NCBI GenBank assembly: GCA_046758445.1
Contig: JBHIAE010000004.1
Span: 41,547-105,546 of the forward strand
Reading direction: 5' to 3'
DNA from: Candidatus Thorarchaeota archaeon
Lineage (GTDB): Archaea > Asgardarchaeota > Thorarchaeia > Thorarchaeales > Thorarchaeaceae
DNA length: 64,000 nucleotides
This document shows, one piece after another, positions 57,593-64,000 of the stretch (positions within the stretch are counted from its first letter, which is position 1; the number at the start of each line of letters is the position of its first letter). The notes below the pieces were generated by a model, which ran no database searches, was not told the DNA's origin, and saw nothing but the letters and a program-made list of their open reading frames with translations. The translations under genes were made by a program, and so were the position numbers.

Positions 57593-58984
57593 ATGGCCGA
57601 CCTAGATGTCATTGTAAAGAATGGTACAGTTGTGACAGCTTCGGACACATCTTCAGCAGATATCGGAGTGCGTGATGGGAAGATAGTTTCCCTTGGGCAG
57701 GACCTCGTTGCAGGCCCTGACACGCAGATCATTGATGCGAAGGGGAAGTGCGTCTTCCCAGGGGGAATCGACGTTCATGTGCACTTCCAACTTCCATTCT
57801 CTGGAACAATCTCTGCTGATGATTTTGAGAATGGCACCAAGGCTGCTGCCTGCGGCGGTGTTACAACAGTGCTTGACTTTGGAATCCAGAGCAAAGGGCA
57901 CTCGATCATGGAGGCCGTTAAGGCTCGGCGTGCCGAAGCAGATTCGAAGGTCTGCATTGATTATGGTCTGCATGCTGCAATCACAGACTGGAACACTGAC
58001 ACGCAGGCCGAGATCAAGCAAGTCATTGACTATGGGATTCCCACTTTCAAGATGTTCATGATCTACAAGAATGAAGGTTGGATGGCCGATGATGGTATGC
58101 TCTTCAATGCGTTGGAAGAAACCGCAAGGCTTGGCGGGCACATTGGTGTGCATGCAGAAAGCGTGGACATCTTGGACATGCTGGTCGAGAGGTATGCACA
58201 GGAGAAGGAGAAATGGGGGGCATATGGACATGCATTATCTCGTCCCTGCTATACGGAGGAGGAGGCCATCGTCCGTGCAATCAAGTGGGCGGAGGTCACT
58301 GGAGGGCAGCTGTATGTCGTTCACATGTCAACAGGAGAAGGGGCAGAAGCAGTTCATGCCGCCAAGCAGCGAGGTGTGAGAGTCTACGCCGAAACCTGCC
58401 CACAGTATCTGCTTCTTGATGACGAGGTCTTCAAGGGGGAGAACGGTCACCTCTACGCTACTTGTCCTCAGATCAAGAAGCCTCATGACAATGAACGACT
58501 GTGGGAAGGACTATTGAATGGTGACGTCCAGATAGTCGCAACCGACACGTGTACCTTCACGACAGAGCAAAAGGCTGCGTGGAATGGCGACTTCAGGAAG
58601 ATACCCTTCGGGATGCCTGGTGTAGAAACCATGGTGCCACTGATGTACACAGAGGGAGTCGGGAAGCGTGGTCTTAGTGTGAACCAACTCGTGGCACTCG
58701 TTAGCACAAACCCAGCGAAACTCTTCGGCATGTATCCTGACAAAGGAACAATCGCCGTTGGTAGTGATGCAGACTTGGTCGTGTTTGATCCCAAGAAGAA
58801 GGTCACAATCCGGGCAGCCAATCTGCAGACCAATTGTGACTGGAACCCCTTTGAGGACTGGAAGCTAGAGGGGTATCCTTCCACAACTATTTCCAGGGGC
58901 AAAGTTGTGGTAGAGAACGGTAAGTTCGTTGGAGATGTCGGGCACGGCAAGTTCCTGAAACGTATGCCCTTTGGAAGAATCTAG
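57593..58984 (+). CDS. hydA: Dihydropyrimidinase / D-hydantoinase
   Basis: PGGIDVHVHF, GTKAAACGGVTT, FKMFM, VHAE, YVVHMST, ETCPQYL and IPFGMPGVE; ATG at 57593 after GGAGG. Confidence 0.93.
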   Translation: MADLDVIVKNGTVVTASDTSSADIGVRDGKIVSLGQDLVAGPDTQIIDAKGKCVFPGGIDVHVHFQLPFSGTISADDFENGTKAAACGGVTTVLDFGIQSKGHSIMEAVKARRAEADSKVCIDYGLHAAITDWNTDTQAEIKQVIDYGIPTFKMFMIYKNEGWMADDGMLFNALEETARLGGHIGVHAESVDILDMLVERYAQEKEKWGAYGHALSRPCYTEEEAIVRAIKWAEVTGGQLYVVHMSTGEGAEAVHAAKQRGVRVYAETCPQYLLLDDEVFKGENGHLYATCPQIKKPHDNERLWEGLLNGDVQIVATDTCTFTTEQKAAWNGDFRKIPFGMPGVETMVPLMYTEGVGKRGLSVNQLVALVSTNPAKLFGMYPDKGTIAVGSDADLVVFDPKKKVTIRAANLQTNCDWNPFEDWKLEGYPSTTISRGKVVVENGKFVGDVGHGKFLKRMPFGRI

Positions 58985-59024
58985 GCTGACAGCCATTCCG
59001 GTTTCGAGAGATGCCCTTGAAGTC

Positions 59025-59513
59025 TCAGTCTTCCACACCAATATCTTCGTTCCACAAGGTTGGATTGCTTCGGATGAAGTCTTGCATCATCTGGATACAA
59101 GCTTGGTCTTGCAATACTATGACATCTACTCCGCGCTCGCGTACATAGTCTTCGGGACCTCGATAGGTCTGATTCTCCCCAACAACGACGATAGAGATGC
59201 CGTAGAGCAGGATGGCCCCGCTACACATGTCACAAGGTGATAGAGTGGAATACAACGTTGCCCTTTTGTACTCAGAAGCGGATAGGCGCCCTGCGTTCTC
59301 CAGAGCGTCCATTTCTGCATGAAGAATCGAGCTTCCCTTCTGCACTCGCTGATTGTGACCTCTGCCGACAATATCGCCATCAACAACTAGCACGGATCCG
59401 ATTGGAATGCCCCCACCTTCAAGTCCCAGTTTCGCTTCGGTCAAAGCCTCGGCCATGAAGCGTTCCATGTCTTCAACTGACGGTCTTTTGGCGCCTCTCG
59501 ACACTGACACCAC
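59025..59513 (-). CDS. Cytosine deaminase (CDA superfamily, FCY1-like)
   Basis: GGIPIGSVL, GHNQRVQ, HAEMDALE and LSPCDMC. Confidence 0.88.
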   Translation of the reverse strand: MVSVSRGAKRPSVEDMERFMAEALTEAKLGLEGGGIPIGSVLVVDGDIVGRGHNQRVQKGSSILHAEMDALENAGRLSASEYKRATLYSTLSPCDMCSGAILLYGISIVVVGENQTYRGPEDYVRERGVDVIVLQDQACIQMMQDFIRSNPTLWNEDIGVED

Positions 59514-59585
59514 ACAAATCGAGTGTTGAATTGGTTGGATATATGTGTGCCTCAGATTCTGATGTTTCTGGGCTGAATGTCCAGT

Positions 59586-60512
59586 CTAGATAAGAAAGGT
59601 TCTACCTTCAAGTTCTCTGATTGTAGAAATTAATCCTTCGCGATAGGAGGGAAATTTCAGTTCCCATCCTAGCATCCTCTTCGCCTTCTCATTAGTTACT
59701 ATGCAGTTCATTTCCATTGTTTCCAACAGTGTCTTTCCCAAGACCAGCCTAGCGATGAATCTGGGAATTGTTCTTGGTTTCGGCATATTGCTGCACTCGG
59801 CCATGAACTCATTGAACTCTCTCATTGTGCATGGTGTGTCGTCTGCAAGGATAAATGACTCACCTATTGGCAGTGCCTCGATGGCCAAGACAAAGGCATT
59901 GGCACAGTCCTCAACATGAATTCTCGGGATGTAATTATCGCCTTTTCCGAATATACCGAACCTACCTGAAGTCAACATGCGATACATCTCGAGGAACTGG
60001 CCTCCAGGGCCGTATATCTGACCGGGAATCATCTGGATGATGGGCTGTCCCTCCTCAACTGCAAGTTTGATCAGATTCTCTGCATCCTCTCCGACCTTTG
60101 TTATCCCAAAGCGTTCAATGGGCCAGGTTTCGTCAGCGACTTCGCCGGGTCCCGTTCGATAGCTAGTGCCAAGGGTCACAACAACTGCACAGTCAAGCTT
60201 CTGGCCAACAGCCAATGCTGTCGACACAAACTTTGTAGTACGATCACGGATGACGGCAAGCTTCTTCTTTGACATGCGACTAAACTCCAAAGGCATCGCA
60301 ACAGACACTACTACATCATGAGGCGATAGAGAATGGAGGAATCCTTCGGGCTCAAGAAGGTCACCGAGTATCCCGCTTGTACCAATGGACTCAAGATGAG
60401 GCAACTCTTCTGCCCGCCTCGTCAAGACCGAAACTTCATGACCACGTTCCAGAAGCTTCGGTACTATGCGCGAACCTAGGAAACCCGTGCCTCCAAAGAC
60501 AAGCACTCTCAA
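59586..60512 (-). CDS. NAD-dependent epimerase/dehydratase family protein
   Basis: VLVFGGTGFLG, IYGPG, IHVEDCA and LGWELKFPSYREG; probable TTG start at 60512. Confidence 0.88.
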   Translation of the reverse strand: MRVLVFGGTGFLGSRIVPKLLERGHEVSVLTRRAEELPHLESIGTSGILGDLLEPEGFLHSLSPHDVVVSVAMPLEFSRMSKKKLAVIRDRTTKFVSTALAVGQKLDCAVVVTLGTSYRTGPGEVADETWPIERFGITKVGEDAENLIKLAVEEGQPIIQMIPGQIYGPGGQFLEMYRMLTSGRFGIFGKGDNYIPRIHVEDCANAFVLAIEALPIGESFILADDTPCTMREFNEFMAECSNMPKPRTIPRFIARLVLGKTLLETMEMNCIVTNEKAKRMLGWELKFPSYREGLISTIRELEGRTFLI

Positions 60513-60633
60513 TCTGGGTTTATCACCTGCTTTTGGATGGTATTGGGGTCGATTATAGGTTTGGTTCTGCGTCAGCTGGTTGTACGAAGGCTTCTTGTAG
60601 GCGATTGGCTTCACATTCTCAAGGTGTGCTGGC

Positions 60634-61383
60634 GTGACTAACAGACTGAGAGAACTAGAACGCATTAGAGAAGAAGTTGTACAGGACCGTAAGAATGTGC
60701 CACGAGAAACAAGGAAGTACTTCTGGAAACTAGTGCGTCAGATAAAGAGAGAGCCTCTCCCAGATGATGACGAAATCGCTGTTGCGGCCGAGGTCAGAAA
60801 CGTCTTGTTCGAGGTTGATAGAGGCGGAACATACCGAACAGGTCCTGCACTTACAATAATGACTCTTGTAGGACTCGGAATCGCTCTCGCATATCTGTGG
60901 CTTTTGGGTTCGCCGCTGGATTGGGGAAACGTCCTGGGCTGGACCATTGCTGATCTGGGGCAATTCGCGCTTCGCTTTCTTTGCGTCTTTGGTGGCATAG
61001 CTTTCTTCTATCCCCTAGGCAGGTTCATAGCTGGAAAGGTGTTAGGAATTAAAATAGATGGTATGGCCAGAGATGAGTACTATGAGCCCACGCTTAAGAT
61101 CGACTATGTGAGCTTCTTGAAGGCACCAGTTCCTAAGAGGAAATGGTTCTTCTTCTTCGCTGGAATCTGGACAATCATAACATCCCTTGCCTTTGGAGTG
61201 GTGGGCCTCGTTGTAGGAGGTGATCTTACAGCATTCATCCCGATGGTCCTACTTCTGATCTTCGAGGGGTATGCTGTACTCAATGGAACTCCAAAACGTT
61301 CCTTTGGAGAGATGGGAACCTACAATCGAGAGAAGAAGATTGAGAGAGCTTGGAGGAAGAGGCTAGCTGAAACAGGTGAGTAG
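60634..61383 (+). CDS. Membrane protein of unknown function
   Basis: Helical N-terminus plus about 4 TM segments. Confidence 0.7.
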   Translation: MTNRLRELERIREEVVQDRKNVPRETRKYFWKLVRQIKREPLPDDDEIAVAAEVRNVLFEVDRGGTYRTGPALTIMTLVGLGIALAYLWLLGSPLDWGNVLGWTIADLGQFALRFLCVFGGIAFFYPLGRFIAGKVLGIKIDGMARDEYYEPTLKIDYVSFLKAPVPKRKWFFFFAGIWTIITSLAFGVVGLVVGGDLTAFIPMVLLLIFEGYAVLNGTPKRSFGEMGTYNREKKIERAWRKRLAETGE

Positions 61384-61433
61384 GTAGGAAATCGGCAAAC
61401 ATCCATTGTTGACTATTAGCTGAATCTTGTAGC

Positions 61434-61862
61434 TTATTCAGCCAATCCAAGCTGCCTGAAGAACTCTAACTGATCAAGGTACTCTCGTATCTCTGTGATC
61501 TTGCTATTCTCGACGCGGACTGTAAATCGTGCAGGAACTTGAACCTGTTTGTATGTTGGTGGAATTGGCTTGCCATCCAGTCCTCTTAGGGGACCTTCAT
61601 GTGTGCCCTTGACAATGCCATCAATGTGGACCAAGTCGCCTTCACCTGAAGTCCCAGTCTTCTCGAAACGGACGTCTGGGTAGGCGGCCACGAAAGCAAT
61701 GTTGTCATCACGCACTTCAATGGGGCCCCTGAGCGGTTCGGTCCGGCTAGGCATGTAGTTGACAACTGATTCTGACATGAAGGAAACAAATCCGTCCATG
61801 TCATGAGAGTTGAAGGCCTCAAGCGCCTGTTCTACCACGCGGAGCTTGTCTTCGAAACTCAC
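61434..61862 (-). CDS. SnoaL-like ester cyclase (NTF2 fold)
   Basis: EAFNSHD, AYPDV, GTHEGP..G..IPPT and REYLD. Confidence 0.88.
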   Translation of the reverse strand: MSFEDKLRVVEQALEAFNSHDMDGFVSFMSESVVNYMPSRTEPLRGPIEVRDDNIAFVAAYPDVRFEKTGTSGEGDLVHIDGIVKGTHEGPLRGLDGKPIPPTYKQVQVPARFTVRVENSKITEIREYLDQLEFFRQLGLAE

Positions 61863-61970
61863 TCAAAATCACCAAGTCTTCACTATTGTTAATGGTCTAT
61901 GCTTCTTCCTATAGAGGCAAATCTCAGCAGAAGTTGCAATTCTATAAGATACCTCTATCCTGGAGAAGAG

Positions 61971-62288
61971 TCAGTTGGGGTCGCAATCCGGATCGGTTGG
62001 ATAGCAGCTCTCATGCATTCTGATACAGTCCAGGAACTGATCGAATGAGATGCTGGGAAAACCGAGTTCGCCTCGTCGCGCATTGTCTCTTGCCCACGCC
62101 TCTTCGATCGTAAACTCAAAGACACGATTCTCCTCTGAGGATTCTAAAGCATCCGCTTCATATTCGTAGAACGTCCACATGGCACCACATCCTTCAAACC
62201 CCCACACCACTTCTGGAATAGTCTGAGGTCCACGTTCGGAAGTCTTCCTGGTATTGATACGCTCTTCCCCATCAGCCTTCTCGGACAA
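61971..62288 (-). CDS. Hypothetical acidic protein
   Basis: 105-aa ORF in a gap; no recognisable motif. Confidence 0.45.
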   Translation of the reverse strand: MSEKADGEERINTRKTSERGPQTIPEVVWGFEGCGAMWTFYEYEADALESSEENRVFEFTIEEAWARDNARRGELGFPSISFDQFLDCIRMHESCYPTDPDCDPN

Positions 62289-62549
62289 GATTGGAAACCC
62301 CTTTGCGGCGTGACTGTCAGAGAGAGCAGAATAGTAATAATCTGTGGCTTGTGGCAGACGAATAGGGGACAGAACCCTTGTGAATAATCAGAAGGCAGAC
62401 CAAGCTTTTGCCCGGAATGATGCAACAGCCTTGTCGTGGGACTAGCAATCACAAATCCAAAACACATATTATACGATTTAACTATAGTTAAGAGTCATTG
62501 AGGTGGCGGCGAATGTCGTCGCCCCCGAGAATGACAAACAGAATACGAG

Positions 62550-63002
62550 GTGACTAAAACGAGTCAAGAAACTGATGCATATGGCATGACTAAGATGATC
62601 GCGGATGCTCCATCGGAGCAACGCCATACATTACTCACTGAAAGATTGAAGATGATAGCCTCTCAACCCGAGGAGCAGAGAGTTCAGAGTATCAAGGGAA
62701 TACTTCTAGGACTATCCAAACTCGATTCGAAGCGGAGAACCACGTTTTTGGGCTCTCTTGCAGAGGTGCTCTCTGAACGACCACAGGAGGAGAGACAGGC
62801 GATAATCCTCGGCAGAGTAAGAGCTGGGTCACTGCTATCGAAGGAGGATGACAACTCCATCTATGAGGGCATGGTTGAAGCCGTGATTGACTGGCCAGAG
62901 GACAGACGCCAGAAGATACTGGGCGGTATTGAGAATGCTCATGAGAAGCTTAATCTGACCAAGCCTGACTTCCAGTCAATGGTCAAGAAAGTCAAGGGCT
63001 AG
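62550..63002 (+). CDS. Hypothetical all-helical protein
   Basis: 150-aa ORF with its own promoter and operator; short P(S/E)EQR-like repeats. Confidence 0.65.
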   Translation: MTKTSQETDAYGMTKMIADAPSEQRHTLLTERLKMIASQPEEQRVQSIKGILLGLSKLDSKRRTTFLGSLAEVLSERPQEERQAIILGRVRAGSLLSKEDDNSIYEGMVEAVIDWPEDRRQKILGGIENAHEKLNLTKPDFQSMVKKVKG

Positions 63003-63524
63003 GGTGAAGCAGACCCCCAAAGAACAGCAAGACCCCTTGACTCCATGAATCATCGGATACTCGCACAGGATTTGTGCTGGCGGTGGAGGAAGATGTGTCA
63101 GCCATTGCAGCTGAATCACTTCTCCATCGCCGCCATTTCATCTATCGTCCAACGATGACTTTCAAATCGATTCAGGAAAAGGGACAATGGGATCATATAC
63201 ACGAATAGAAATCTACTGCTTGGTAATGATAAGGGATGGAGTCACCTCCGGACGATGCAATCTATAGCAGTTCTAGATACTATACAAGTGACGCCTCTGA
63301 GTTTCGAGTTGAATCTAATCGGTTGCTTTGATGAGATTCTTTCTGCCCAGCGGGTCCAAGTTTTTCTGATTTCCTCGTGGCTGTAATGACCTATATAGGG
63401 TGAATGCATTATTAGTTCTGTGGGTTAGGAAGCCGTGAGATTGTGCATTCGATGCCATCCATTGGATTGACCTCGATTCTATTGCTTCCCCTTCCAGCCG
63501 ATCATGAGTGGAGGTCAGGAGTAC

Positions 63525-64000
63525 ATGTCTAACAGTTTTGATTTTCGCGCACTGGGAGCGATTGGTGTCGCTTTCTGGCTCGTCCTAGTGATTGGGCTTT
63601 CCACGCCAGTGGCTGATTTCTGGAACACCAATTCACACTCGTATGACTTGGACGGCGCAATAGAACAGACTAGGGTTGTTACCGAGTCAGATGCTTTCAC
63701 TCCAACCAAATGGTTGAACCGCACATTTGGAGGCGTCGACTATGACGCCAGTTCACGCGTGGTTGAGTGTAGTGATGACGGATATGCCGTTATTGGCACA
63801 ACCTCAAGCTTTGGTGCAGGTGGCAATGATGTGTGGCTAGTTCGTACCAATAGCGCTGGAAACATGTTGTGGAATCAAACATATGGTGGATCAGATAGCG
63901 ACGTTGGCCGTGGAGTGGTGGAGTTGAGTGACGGGGGTTTTGCCATAATTGCCGAAACAGCCAGCTTTGGAGCAGGTCCAATGGACTTCTGGCTTGTGCG
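63525..64000 (+). CDS. Secreted beta-propeller repeat protein, truncated by the window end (not in ORF track)
   Basis: MSNSFDFRALGAIGVAFWLVL signal; repeats NRTFGG..D..DDGY..G.T.SFGAG..DVWLVRT and WNQTYGG..D.GR..DGGF; GGAGGT upstream. Confidence 0.85.
   Translation, partial: MSNSFDFRALGAIGVAFWLVLVIGLSTPVADFWNTNSHSYDLDGAIEQTRVVTESDAFTPTKWLNRTFGGVDYDASSRVVECSDDGYAVIGTTSSFGAGGNDVWLVRTNSAGNMLWNQTYGGSDSDVGRGVVELSDGGFAIIAETASFGAGPMDFWLV

Noticed and set aside
55600-57600. Type V CRISPR-Cas (Cas12f-like) locus or catalytically dead TnpB
   Set aside because: No repeat-spacer array or cas1/2/4 is present; the missing canonical Glu is plausibly replaced by the downstream VPE Glu
62288-63524. tRNA, rRNA or CRISPR array in the large intergenic gaps
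   Set aside because: No cloverleaf with T-loop consensus, rRNA signature or regularly spaced repeats were seen
1-64000. Genome-wide reassignment of TAG to an amino acid
   Set aside because: Many intact genes end in TAG at plausible C-termini (e.g. 685, 1799, 37148, 41468, 58984), so TAG is a normal stop here

Overview
Gene-dense (~50% GC) archaeal chromosomal window. GGAGG/GAGGTG ribosome-binding sites, TTTA(A/T)A-type promoter boxes, 'DLSPL' LRR proteins and many TM+RRR-anchored surface proteins suggest an Asgard archaeon, probably Thorarchaeia (inference). Contents in order: a phosphate transporter pair; a complete peptide ABC importer; a putative envelope-stress island (two tandem ABC exporters, a papain-like surface protein, a divergent HTH regulator and four tandem bacterial-PH-domain membrane paralogs); two tandem secreted HExxH metallopeptidases sharing a structured 5' leader, one broken by three in-frame TAGs; alkaline phosphatase; a Cys-rich PadR with arsM; and a reductive pyrimidine catabolism cluster. 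That cluster is interrupted by (i) a PadR-methyltransferase-fold regulator plus a triple fusion of SAM methyltransferase, HgcA-like corrinoid/TM domain and ferredoxin, and (ii) a solo 562-aa TnpB with the Fanzor-type rearranged RuvC site and a structured 3' end. Several shared operator-like motifs are visible. I saw no rRNA, tRNA or CRISPR array. All family assignments come from motif recognition by eye, not database searches.
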